Assembly (NCBI GenBank): GCA_043821645.1
Contig: JBDRCO010000012.1
Coordinates: 1-17,468 of the forward strand
From: Pseudomonadota bacterium
GTDB taxonomy: Bacteria; Myxococcota; JACRCW01; JAFGSX01
DNA length: 17,468 nt
Reading direction: 5' to 3'
The notes under the pieces were generated by a model. That model saw only the letters and a program-made list of their open reading frames with translations. It ran no database searches and was not told where the DNA came from. A program made the translations under genes and the position numbers. The stretch's first letter is position 1, and each line of letters begins with the position of its first letter. This document shows positions 1 to 8,708 of this stretch, piece after piece.

Positions 1-410
1 GGTCGCAGGCGCCGCCGGAGACGCGGCACACCGTGGTCGAGTCGAGGACGTCGGCGGGGCAGTCCACGTCGACGCCGTTGCAGGGCTCGGCGGGGTCGCA
101 GGCGCCGCCGGAGACGCGGCACACGGTGGTCGCGTCGCGCAGGTCGGCGGGGCAGTCCACGTCGACGCCGTTGCAGGTCTCGGCCGGGTCGCAGGCACCG
201 CCGGAGACGCGGCACACGGTGGTCGAGTCGAGGACGTCGGCGGGGCAGTCCACGTCGACGCCGTTGCAGGTCTCGGCCGGGTCGCAGGCGCCGCCGGAGA
301 CGTGGCACACGGTGGTCGAGTCGAGGACGTCGGCGGGGCAGGCGCCGGCGGCACCGGTGCAGACCTCGGCCAGGTCGCAGTCGCCGGCCGCGGCGCGGCA
401 CTCGGTGTCG
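1..410. repeat. 93-bp coding tandem repeat (31 aa, about 4.5 copies visible)
   Basis: ggtcgcag recurs at 1, 94, 187, 280 and 373. On the minus strand the unit encodes VSGGACDPAETCNGVDVDCPADVLDSTTVCR. Confidence 0.95.
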
Positions 411-1837
411 ACGGCGACCAAGGTGCAGCTCGTCGTGCAGCACGAGGTGGTCAGGCCGTTGGCCGCGCCCTCGTCGCAGTCCTCGCTGCCGTTGACCTCG
501 CCGTCACCACACCAGGCGCAGGGGTTGGCGCTGCCCGGCGAGGGATCGCTGTGCCTGTACTCGGTGGTGACCAGGGGTCCGCCCGCGGCGTCTGGGCAGC
601 GCTGGTTCGAGGTGACGATCGCGTTGCCCAGCGCGTTCTCGTTGATCTGGGGCTGGCCCGGGGTGAGCACGTTCAGCAGGCCCGGGTCGTCGGGGTCGTC
701 GGTGTCGTAGACCAGGGCGTCGACCAGCGAGGTGGCGGTGACCGGCGTGCTGGCGGGGAAGTCGCTGCCGTTGGCCAGGTACAGCGCCACCGCGTCTTGC
801 CCGTTTTGCAGCGTGTTGCCGTTGAACACGATCTGCACGTTGGGCACGCCTGTGTTGCCCAGTACGAAGTAGCCGCTGGCATCCAGGGCGTAGCCGTCGA
901 GATCGGCACCCGAGCCCAGGGGCAGCAGGTTGTAAGACTGGTCGATGGAGCCGTTGTAGGTCACCAGCACCGCGCCGTCGAGGCGCAGGTTGGGCGGGCC
1001 GTACAGCTCGACGAACTCGGCATCGTCGAAGCCTGTATTGTCGGCGTCCACCTCGTTGATGACCACGGGGCCGACCGTGGTGAAGCGATTGAACTGCATG
1101 ACCGCGTACGGAGCCTGGCCGATGTTCCCGAACGACGGCTGGAGGTCACCGTGAAACTCATCCGAGCGGTAGCCGCCGAATGCGTTGAGCAGCGTGGCGA
1201 ACCAGTCGAAGTGATCGCCCGGGTCCAGCCCCAGCATGGCCAGCGTGAGACCGTCGATCTGCAACAGGGCACAGCCGGCGGCCTGCACGACAGCGAGCGG
1301 GGCGATGAGCACGTGCTGGGCACCCGGCGTCAAAGCGTACAGGGAGGCCTCGGCGGGCCCGCCGCTGGGGTTGGTGAAGGCGATGGCAAAGTCGGCGCTG
1401 AAACCTGGGGCAAAGGACAGCGGAGCCAGGTTGGGCCCCACCGAGCTACCAAAACCTCCGGCCGAGATGGCGGTGGTGGCCGGTGTGCTGATGTCCGTGA
1501 AGAGCAGCGTGTCGCCAAAGCCTCCGCTGACGGCGTCGATGTAGATGACCACGACGTCGTGGTTGACCGGGCCCATGCCGGTGCAGGTGCCGCCAGTCAG
1601 GTCCAGGGTCACGCGGCCGAGCACGTCGCTGTCCCAGGCCATGGTCACGGGGACGCCTGCGTCGCCTATCATGCCGCCGAAGCCGTTGTGGACGCCCATG
1701 CTCAGGGGAAGCGGCGGCGCAGCCACCTGGGTCGAGATGGAGTCGTCAAAGGTCGAGACGAGCTGGGCCAGGGCTGGCGTGGCGAGCAGGAGCAATCCGC
1801 ACACGAGCATCAGCTGTCCTGGGCGTCTGCTTGACAT
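1..1837 (-). CDS. Secreted protein with lamin-tail (LTD) domain, myxobacterial Cys-rich repeat and tandem disintegrin-like repeats; 3' end runs off the window
   Basis: Not in the ORF track because there is no stop in the window. Manual translation from ATG 1837 (GAGAGGA RBS upstream) gives the signal peptide MSSRRPGQLMLVCGLLLLATPALAQ, the LTD motif VVINEVDADNTGFDDAEFVELYG (~1066), CGDGEVNGSEDCDEG (~511), then ECRAAAGDCDLAEVCTGAAGACPAD and 31-aa repeats. The frame is open to position 2 and has GC3-rich codons. Confidence 0.9.
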   Translation of the reverse strand, partial: MSSRRPGQLMLVCGLLLLATPALAQLVSTFDDSISTQVAAPPLPLSMGVHNGFGGMIGDAGVPVTMAWDSDVLGRVTLDLTGGTCTGMGPVNHDVVVIYIDAVSGGFGDTLLFTDISTPATTAISAGGFGSSVGPNLAPLSFAPGFSADFAIAFTNPSGGPAEASLYALTPGAQHVLIAPLAVVQAAGCALLQIDGLTLAMLGLDPGDHFDWFATLLNAFGGYRSDEFHGDLQPSFGNIGQAPYAVMQFNRFTTVGPVVINEVDADNTGFDDAEFVELYGPPNLRLDGAVLVTYNGSIDQSYNLLPLGSGADLDGYALDASGYFVLGNTGVPNVQIVFNGNTLQNGQDAVALYLANGSDFPASTPVTATSLVDALVYDTDDPDDPGLLNVLTPGQPQINENALGNAIVTSNQRCPDAAGGPLVTTEYRHSDPSPGSANPCAWCGDGEVNGSEDCDEGAANGLTTSCCTTSCTLVAVDTECRAAAGDCDLAEVCTGAAGACPADVLDSTTVCHVSGGACDPAETCNGVDVDCPADVLDSTTVCRVSGGACDPAETCNGVDVDCPADLRDATTVCRVSGGACDPAEPCNGVDVDCPADVLDSTTVCRVSGGACD

Positions 1838-1928
1838 GGCCGTCCATCCTCTCTTGCGGGGCGAGGCGCTCCCAACAGGTGTCCCAAGCAAGTGTCCCAA
1901 GCTTGTGTCACACGAATGTTCCCCAGCG

Positions 1929-2013
1929 TGAAGCGCTGCGTGGGAGGTGCTGCTGCCGTCTGACAGCGGGCTCCTGCCTGTGCCACCCAGGAAATCGGTG
2001 CCTGGCACTTTTT
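1929..2013 (+). repeat. Dispersed intergenic element copy A (core plus GGTGCCTGGCAC palindrome)
   Basis: gtgaagcgctgcgtgggaggtgctgctgccgtc...tgcctgtgccacccag aligns with the cores at 8536, 16126 and 11829 (reverse). It is followed by aaatcggtgcctggcactttt. Confidence 0.85.
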
Positions 2014-2018
2014 GGAGG

Positions 2019-2228
2019 GAGCTGATGCTCTCGGGGCACACCCATGGTGGGCAGATCTGGCCCTTCGGCTACCTGGTGCAGACGGTCTATCCGCTCCTCG
2101 CTGGCCGCTACGACGTGCAGGGGATGCCGGTGATCGTGAGCCGCGGGGTAGGAACCTGGGGCCCGCGCATGCGGCTATGGCAGCGGGGTGAGATCGTGAA
2201 GGTGACTCTGCGCACGGGGCGGCCCTGA
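2019..2228 (+). pseudogene. C-terminal fragment of a calcineurin-like metallophosphoesterase (YkuE/YaeI-type)
   Basis: ELMLSGHTHGGQIWPFGYL...IVSRGVGTWGPRMRLWQRGEI is the typical last third of this family. The upstream DxH, GD and GNH motifs are absent, and the sequence 5' of 2019 is repeat element. Confidence 0.85.
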
Positions 2229-2249
2229 ATCAGGTGGCTGGCGCCTTCC
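2228..2249 (+). repeat. GGTGYCTGGCACC-family palindromic motif
   Basis: aatcaggtggctggcgccttcc closely matches aaacaggtggctggcaccgttc at 8611. Confidence 0.7.
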
Positions 2250-2302
2250 TGGCAGCACCTACCGTGCTGCCCCCGATGGGAGATTGGCGAGGAGGCCCTC
2301 GC

Positions 2303-5300
2303 TCAAGGGCGTCGACGCCGGAGTGGTCGAGTCAGCATCCGCGCGCCAAGCATCAGCAGGAGGCCTGCCGGCGTCCGCGGGACCGTCCCCTGGCAGCCGC
2401 AGCCTGGCTCGGCAGGCGGCTGGTCACCGCTGCCCGCTGCATCGGTACGCGCCGCGTCCGTACCCGCGCCGGCGTCCGCCGCGCTGTTGCTATCGACGCT
2501 GGCCGCATCCACCGCCGTGCCAGCGTCGCTCCCCGCGGCGTCGCTGCCGATCCGATCGGTCCCGGCCGCGTCGACACTCTCCCCGGCATCGATGTCCACG
2601 CCGGCGTCAGCGGTCGTCCCCCCGCCGTCCCCGGCCACCCCGGCGTCGGGGCTCACCACCGCCTGTCCCATGGTGATGAGGTACTGCACCAGCAGGTCGC
2701 CGCCCTCGCCGTGCGCCCGCGCCGTGGCCCAGGCGCTCGGCGTGGTGGTCTCGCGCCCGGCCAGCTCGAGCTCGCGCAGGTCCTGATCGGGAAGGCCGTC
2801 GGCGTCGGTGGGCCCGTCGACCCAGACCGCCCCGTCGTCGATGATGGCGTAGCGCAGCAGGCCGCGCTCACCGCTCTGCAGCCAGGCCACGATGTTGTGA
2901 ATGGTGCTGCCGTCGCTGACCGAGACGATCGCGGCCTCGCGGGCCAGCGCATCGTCCAGCGGGTCGCCGTAGTCGCCCCAGCTGCCGCCCTGGGGCTTGC
3001 TGGCCAGGGCCAGGTTGCCGCCGCGCTCCACCACGGCGATCACCGCGTCGTCGGCGTCGTAGCACAGGGCGATGCCGCCGCCGACCTCGGTGGCGACCTC
3101 GGTGGCGGTGTCGAGCTGGCTGCCGTCCCAGCGGTGCGCCTGCACGGTGCCGTCGCGGCCCTGCACCAGGGCGGTGAACTCCGGGGCCGCCGAGCCGAAG
3201 GCTCCGGCCAGCCTGGCGTCGCGGAGTGCCGCGGCCGGCGCCACGGCATGAACCCCGTCGACCGTGCTGCCGAGCACGATGGCCAGGTCCGCGCTGGTCT
3301 GCGATGCCGCGGCATGGGCGCCGGTGAGCCACAGCACCGCGGTCTGCGTCCCGCTGGCGTCGGCGCGCAGGTTGAAGGCGTAGCCGCCGGGGTCGGCCAG
3401 GCTCTGCGCGGCCGACCAGGTGCTGCCGTCGGCCGAGGTCTTGAAGTACAGGCTGGTGCGGGCGAAGGGATTGCCCAGGTCCGCGGCGTCGACCTGGCTC
3501 CAGGCCACCAGCCAGCTGCCGTCGTCGCGCTGTGCCAGGGCCACGTCGACGATGCCCGCGGCGCTGGCCACCTCCACCGGGATGGCGAAGCCGTTCGGGT
3601 TGCTGTCCGAGGGCCCGGCGAACATCACCACGGTGACTCCGCGCCCCGGGTCCGCGGCGGTGTAGACCAACCCGCCCTCGGGGCTGAGCTCGACGCTGCC
3701 CGCGCCGTAGAGGTCCTCGACCAGCACACCCGTGCCGTCGGTCCAGGTGGATGGCGTGGCCGTCTGAGGGGTCTCGATCTCGGTCTGCTCGTACAGCGGC
3801 ACCAGGACCATGTAGGGCGAGGTGCCGGACTGCCAGTCGATCTTCAGCCCGTCGACCTGGAACTTCTTGGAGAAGCCCACGCCCGCGACCTTGAGGGCGA
3901 TCTCGTAGATGGAGCTGACCGCGCCCTCGACCCGGCGCACGAAGGGGAAGCGGTCGTCGGTCGAGAAGGTCACCCGCAGCCCCGGGATGCTGGTGTCGTT
4001 CTGGGCGCCGAGCTGTATGCCACCGGAGAGCGTGAGCAGGGCCCCCGGCGACACGTACTCGAGCGCGGCCGAGGACAGGAAGTCGAAGCTCTCCGGCGGG
4101 TCGGCGGGCTCCTCGTCGCCGAACAGGCTGGTCAGCCGCGGCCTCAGGTCGGTGCTGGTACCGCCGCGGTCGTGCCGGGCCAGCAGGCTGACCCGGCGTA
4201 TGGTGCCGCCGAGGCCGAGCTTGAACACCGTGTTGAGCTCGGCGCCGAGCTGGCTGGCCACGAACAGGGCCTGGCCGATCACCGGGATGCCCTCGGCCAG
4301 CGGTAACAGGTCGACCTTGACCCCGCTGCTGATGAAGCCGCCGATCGAGCGCTGCAGCCGGTACTCGGGGAAGGTCAGCCCGGTGTCGCCGACCACCGCG
4401 ACGTTGTCGATGCTGCTGGTCACGGTGATGCTGGGCTGGATGGGCTTGACCGGGAAGCCGCGCACGATACCCGGCTTGAGGATGCCCAGCTTGTCGCCGG
4501 CCTCGGCGGTGAGCGAGCCGCTGCCGCTGACCATCACGGTGCCAGCGCCACCGTCGACGTCGAACTTGACCTTGCCGGTGGCGGCCAGCCCGATCAGCCC
4601 GCCGGCCAGGGACATCAGGCCGCTCTGGGGCCCGTCCTGGGCGTCCTTGAAGGTCACGCCCAGCTCGTAGGTGTAGGTGAGGGTCTGGTCCGGGCGGATG
4701 CCGATGGCGCTGCCGAAGGTCCCGCTGGCCTGTATGGGCCCCGCGGGGATCAGGTTGTTGACCGCGTCGCCAAGGTTGTAGGCGTCGATGGTGCCTATCA
4801 CGTTGAGCATGCTCTGCGCCCACTCAGGCACCGCGGCGCCGCGCAGGATCGGATGGTCGCCGGGGTCGGCGTAGGCCAGGGTGCTCACGCCACCCTGGGC
4901 GCTGACCGCCACCACCAGCGGTGCAAACTCGCCGGGAGGGAGTCGCCAAAGTGGCACCTCGGCGTGCCAGGTCGAGCCACTGACCGGCTCCAGGGCGCGC
5001 CACTGCAGCACCCGCAGCGGATCGCCAGCTGCGTCCTGACCGGCGCGCACCTGCCTCTGCATGGTTTCCCAGCCCCAGATGTCCAGGTCCCCGAGCACGT
5101 GCTCGTGGGTCTGACTGGCTGACACGGTGCCGGGCGCGGCCGAGAAGTAGCGCGGGTACAGCACGTAGAGCGCGGCGATCGGGTCCTCGACCAGCCGGTT
5201 CAGGGTGCCGCTGCCCTCGTGCGCATAGGCGTCCACGGGGTAGCTCAGGGTCCGCGCGGTGGCCAGCACGTCGACCGTGGCGGTGAGGTTGCCGGCCGCG

Positions 5301-8300
5301 TTGTCGGCGTTGAAATCTTCGGGAGAGCCGGACTTGAGCACCCCGGGCAGGAACACGCCAAAGCGGTCCACCGCCACGCTGCCGAGCACCGGCCCGGCGA
5401 TGGGCTGCAGGTGCAAGGCGGTGCCGCTGAGCGCGGTGGCGTCGAGCGGCGGGGTGAATTTCTTGCGGATCGGGTAGTAGCCGCGCTGCGAGGTGCTCAG
5501 CCAGATGCCCTCGGCGCCGTCCTCGCCCACCGCGATGCGGTAGCTACCGTCGGCCGCCGTGGTGTCGCCGCCCAGCGGCTGCTCGAAGCCGTTGAAGGCG
5601 TCGATCTCGGCGTCCTCCACCGGGCTGCCGTCGGGGCCGTACAGGTGACCGGCGATCTCCAGGGTCTTGCTGACGCGAACGCGGATCCGGCCCTCCGGGG
5701 GGTCGTTGGAGTGGAAGGCCAGGCCGGCGCTCGCGGTCCAGCCCAGCACGTCGATGGTCACGGGCGAGGGCATGGGTGCGCTGATGTTCAGCCGGTCGCC
5801 GTGGCTGGCGTACACCCCGGGCTGCACCTCGGCCCGGATGCCGGTTACCGGCTGGTCCCAGTTGTCCTTGATCTCGACGTCCACCTGGATGTTGGTGGCG
5901 TAGGGCGGTGGGCTGCCGCCGCCGGCGAAGGTGTCCTGGGGCCCACCGCAGTTGATCCGCACCGGCTGCGACGTCGCGCCCGCGGTGAGGTGGCCGCTGG
6001 TCCAGTACCAGACCTCGTTCAGGGCGTCGTAGTTGCCGAAGTAATAGGTACCGCCGCTGCCCATGCCCGGCAGCCAGGTGGTCTCGAAGAAGATCCCGGG
6101 CAGAACGTCGTAGACCGTGTAGAAGGCGTCGATGCAGCCGAGGCCGCCCATCGAAAGGTACTCGCTGCCGCTCCAGTAGTAGCAGTCCGAATAGAAGCCG
6201 GTCTCGCTCGGCTCGGGCAGGCTGCCGGTGATGCTGCCAACCTCCTCGATGCCCAGGTAGTCATTGCCGGGGGGGGGCATGCCAGGCGCGCCCTGATCGT
6301 ACACGTCGATGGTGAAGACGTCGTCGGCCTCGAAGATGTTGATCGGGTGGCTGGCCCGGAACTCGTAGTGGCCGGGCCTCAGGTTGTCGATCCGGTACTG
6401 GCTGCTGGAGTAGGCGAGGCGGTCGTAATGCACCACCACGTCACTGGCGCCGACCACATCGATCACGGTCTGCGACTTCAGCACGTCCTCGTCGAAGATG
6501 CCGAGCCCTAGGTCGGGGTTGAGGTACGAGTGGTTGAAGCTGGGCATGTCGTGCTGGATCGGCATCTCGCGCCGGTACACCTGCTTGACGATGTGCAGCT
6601 GCATGTCGAAGGCGTAGCGCGAGCCCAGCGCCAGCGGCGGGCCGACGTGTGCGTGGCTGTCCACGGCGAAGGGCCAGGGTGTGGCCGCCGGCCACGGCTC
6701 CCACTGGGTGCGGTGAACCTCCAGGCCGGTGTCCAGGATGCGGTAGTTCCGGTACATGCCAAAGGCGGTGTATGCGGTGGCGCCAGGCGCGCGCAGTCCG
6801 TAGACGCCGGGCACCAGGTTGGCGGAGAAGTACCCCTCGGCGTCGGTGGTCACGGTGACGGTCTCGACCCCGGGTGGCAGCTGGTCGGCGTCGCCGTAGG
6901 GCACGATCTCGATGTCCACCCCGGCCTTGGGGCGGACGTCGCGGCGCCCCGACAACGAGCTGCTGTTGTTGGCGCCGCCCTCGGCAGCCCACAGGGTCCC
7001 GGCCAGCTGCACCGGCAGCACCTCGACGAACACCGGATGCAGCGCGGCCTCGCGATCGGCCACCTCGATCACCAAATCGACGGGCTCGAACAGCACGTCG
7101 ATGTCGCCGTAGTCCAGGATCAGGTAGTTGTCGGGGTCGGTGCTGACAAAGCCCGCATCGCTCAGCGAGACCCGCACGTAGGTCTTGGGCCAGAGCCGCA
7201 CCCGGTAGCGGCCAGGCAGCAGCTGGTCGAAAAGGATCTGGCCGGGCTCGTAGGACCAGCCCCTGGATCGCACCACGCCCTCGGAGCCCGAGCCGGGCAG
7301 CCCCTCGGCGATGGCGTCGAAGCCCTGGTAGGGGCTGAAGCGGCCGTAGATCCAGCTGGGCTCGAGGATGATCGAGGTCTCGGTGTGCAGCTGCAGGTCC
7401 ACGAGCTCGTCGGTGAAGCTGCCGTTGCTGTTGGGGTCGATGTAGGTGATGAAGGGCTCGTAGCCCAGTTTGACCACCCGCAGCTCCAGCGGGATGGACG
7501 GCAGATCGCGAAACAGCACGCTGCCGCTCTCGGGTGTGATCTCGGTGCGCGCGGCCAGGACCCGCTTGCGGGTGCCCAGATCGAGCCCGGTGACCTCGAC
7601 GAAGGCGTCGTGGATGCCGCCCTGGGTCGGGTAGGCGTTGCTGGGTCGGTCCGGTCGGATGCCCTCGACGCTGACCGAGAAGCTCTGGTAGACCGGCTTG
7701 AGGCCGATCACCGCCGCGTGATCCGCATCCACGAGGACAAGGCTGCCGTCCTCGGGCCAGCTGTACGCCTCCCAGCCGATGCGGGTGATGCTGAAGCGGT
7801 AGTAGCCGGGCTCCAGACCCTGCTGCTCGGCGCGGCCGTGGCCGTCCGCGGTCAGGGCGTAGACCTCGTCCGGCGCCGCCCCCGCGTCGTTGGCGCTGCG
7901 GTACTCCACGGAGATCGCGGCCTCGGGCAAGCTGGACTGCGAGATCACGCAGTGCACGTCGAAGCTCATGCGGAAGCTGTGGTCGGAGATGTCGGGGTCG
8001 TCGCCGAGCTGGAAGTTCAGCTGCTCGGTGGCCTCGTCCACCAGCAGGCTCTGCACCGTGCCGAGCTGGCCGGTGTGGCTGGCTGCCGCGGTGTAGCTAC
8101 CGTCGGCCACGCCCTCGATGAAGTATCGGCCCAGGGCGTCGGTGGTGGCGGTGTAATCGGGGATGCCGTCGGTGGGCGCGGTGTCCAGGGTCACCGTGGC
8201 ACCGGCGATCGGCACCTGGCCGCCGGTCTCGGTCACCCGACCCTGCACCGTGGCTGCGAGGCCTGGCGCCGCCAGCAGCGAGCACAGCAACGCAAGAATG

Positions 8301-8323
8301 GTGGAATCGATCGCGCGGCGCAT
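2303..8323 (-). CDS. Very large (~2006 aa) surface protein with carboxypeptidase-regulatory-like beta-sandwich repeats and MYXO-CTERM-like anchor
   Basis: ATG 8323 follows a GGGGG RBS. The protein has the signal peptide MRRAIDSTILALLCSLLAAPGLAA and the CarboxypepD_reg-like motifs VQGRVTETGGQVPIAGATVTL and IAGHLYGPDGSPVEDAEI. A DAG-rich linker precedes the C-terminus GCGC...GLLLMLGARMLTRPLRRRRP. Confidence 0.9.
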   Translation of the reverse strand: MRRAIDSTILALLCSLLAAPGLAATVQGRVTETGGQVPIAGATVTLDTAPTDGIPDYTATTDALGRYFIEGVADGSYTAAASHTGQLGTVQSLLVDEATEQLNFQLGDDPDISDHSFRMSFDVHCVISQSSLPEAAISVEYRSANDAGAAPDEVYALTADGHGRAEQQGLEPGYYRFSITRIGWEAYSWPEDGSLVLVDADHAAVIGLKPVYQSFSVSVEGIRPDRPSNAYPTQGGIHDAFVEVTGLDLGTRKRVLAARTEITPESGSVLFRDLPSIPLELRVVKLGYEPFITYIDPNSNGSFTDELVDLQLHTETSIILEPSWIYGRFSPYQGFDAIAEGLPGSGSEGVVRSRGWSYEPGQILFDQLLPGRYRVRLWPKTYVRVSLSDAGFVSTDPDNYLILDYGDIDVLFEPVDLVIEVADREAALHPVFVEVLPVQLAGTLWAAEGGANNSSSLSGRRDVRPKAGVDIEIVPYGDADQLPPGVETVTVTTDAEGYFSANLVPGVYGLRAPGATAYTAFGMYRNYRILDTGLEVHRTQWEPWPAATPWPFAVDSHAHVGPPLALGSRYAFDMQLHIVKQVYRREMPIQHDMPSFNHSYLNPDLGLGIFDEDVLKSQTVIDVVGASDVVVHYDRLAYSSSQYRIDNLRPGHYEFRASHPINIFEADDVFTIDVYDQGAPGMPPPGNDYLGIEEVGSITGSLPEPSETGFYSDCYYWSGSEYLSMGGLGCIDAFYTVYDVLPGIFFETTWLPGMGSGGTYYFGNYDALNEVWYWTSGHLTAGATSQPVRINCGGPQDTFAGGGSPPPYATNIQVDVEIKDNWDQPVTGIRAEVQPGVYASHGDRLNISAPMPSPVTIDVLGWTASAGLAFHSNDPPEGRIRVRVSKTLEIAGHLYGPDGSPVEDAEIDAFNGFEQPLGGDTTAADGSYRIAVGEDGAEGIWLSTSQRGYYPIRKKFTPPLDATALSGTALHLQPIAGPVLGSVAVDRFGVFLPGVLKSGSPEDFNADNAAGNLTATVDVLATARTLSYPVDAYAHEGSGTLNRLVEDPIAALYVLYPRYFSAAPGTVSASQTHEHVLGDLDIWGWETMQRQVRAGQDAAGDPLRVLQWRALEPVSGSTWHAEVPLWRLPPGEFAPLVVAVSAQGGVSTLAYADPGDHPILRGAAVPEWAQSMLNVIGTIDAYNLGDAVNNLIPAGPIQASGTFGSAIGIRPDQTLTYTYELGVTFKDAQDGPQSGLMSLAGGLIGLAATGKVKFDVDGGAGTVMVSGSGSLTAEAGDKLGILKPGIVRGFPVKPIQPSITVTSSIDNVAVVGDTGLTFPEYRLQRSIGGFISSGVKVDLLPLAEGIPVIGQALFVASQLGAELNTVFKLGLGGTIRRVSLLARHDRGGTSTDLRPRLTSLFGDEEPADPPESFDFLSSAALEYVSPGALLTLSGGIQLGAQNDTSIPGLRVTFSTDDRFPFVRRVEGAVSSIYEIALKVAGVGFSKKFQVDGLKIDWQSGTSPYMVLVPLYEQTEIETPQTATPSTWTDGTGVLVEDLYGAGSVELSPEGGLVYTAADPGRGVTVVMFAGPSDSNPNGFAIPVEVASAAGIVDVALAQRDDGSWLVAWSQVDAADLGNPFARTSLYFKTSADGSTWSAAQSLADPGGYAFNLRADASGTQTAVLWLTGAHAAASQTSADLAIVLGSTVDGVHAVAPAAALRDARLAGAFGSAAPEFTALVQGRDGTVQAHRWDGSQLDTATEVATEVGGGIALCYDADDAVIAVVERGGNLALASKPQGGSWGDYGDPLDDALAREAAIVSVSDGSTIHNIVAWLQSGERGLLRYAIIDDGAVWVDGPTDADGLPDQDLRELELAGRETTTPSAWATARAHGEGGDLLVQYLITMGQAVVSPDAGVAGDGGGTTADAGVDIDAGESVDAAGTDRIGSDAAGSDAGTAVDAASVDSNSAADAGAGTDAARTDAAGSGDQPPAEPGCGCQGTVPRTPAGLLLMLGARMLTRPLRRRRP

Positions 8324-8389
8324 GTTTCCCCCGAGTCTGGATGTTCGCGGACCAGCCGTAGCCGAATCATCTCTGCAGTGCAGCCGTGG

Positions 8390-8418
8390 ACTATAACGGC
8401 GGTCGGATCGAGTTGAAA
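8390..8418 (-). promoter_or_regulatory. Possible sigma70 promoter of the large surface-protein gene
   Basis: Minus strand TTTCAA-17 bp-TATAGT, about 65 bp upstream of ATG 8323. Confidence 0.35.
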
Positions 8419-8489
8419 CCCCCGGTCGGCACACGCACCTGGCCCGGGCCTGCCGGGCAGGGCACTGCGCGTGACGACCTCACATCGCG

Positions 8490-8701
8490 GGTGAGGGGAC
8501 AGAGCCGATGCCTCATTCGGCTTCCAGGTTCCAGCTTGAAGAGCTGCGCGGGAGGTGCCGCTGCCGTCTCCCGGCCGCTCCTGGCTGTGCCACCCAACTG
8601 GGACCCCCCGAAACAGGTGGCTGGCACCGTTCAGCGGGATCCGAGGATGCTCGAACAGAACAGGGCACTTGCAGCGCGAAAGGTGTCAGGCACCTGTTTT
8701 T
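8490..8701 (+). repeat. Composite intergenic element copy B
   Basis: Contains ggtgaggggacagagcc (8490), residual ttccagg heptamers, the core ttgaagagctgcgcgggaggtg...ggctgtgccacccaac (8536-8598), and an inverted pair of GGTG..GGCACC motifs at 8611 and 8679. Confidence 0.85.
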
Positions 8702-8708
8702 AGGCCGA

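Noticed and set aside
1-410. CRISPR array interpretation of the 93-bp periodicity
   Set aside because: Whole units are repeated with no unique spacers, and they are in frame within a Cys-rich CDS.
302-8416. Long plus-strand ORFs (33-710, 302-1834, 2234-4306, 5219-6511, 6530-8416) and minus-strand 2868-4823
   Set aside because: Antisense or off-frame shadows of real high-GC genes, with Arg/Gly/Ala-rich composition and no motifs.
8324-8434. ORF-track N-terminal extensions (8434; likewise 10304, 10618, 13133, 15796, 11830, 1947)
   Set aside because: Downstream starts have RBS and signal peptides, and the extensions translate repeats or overlap neighbouring genes.
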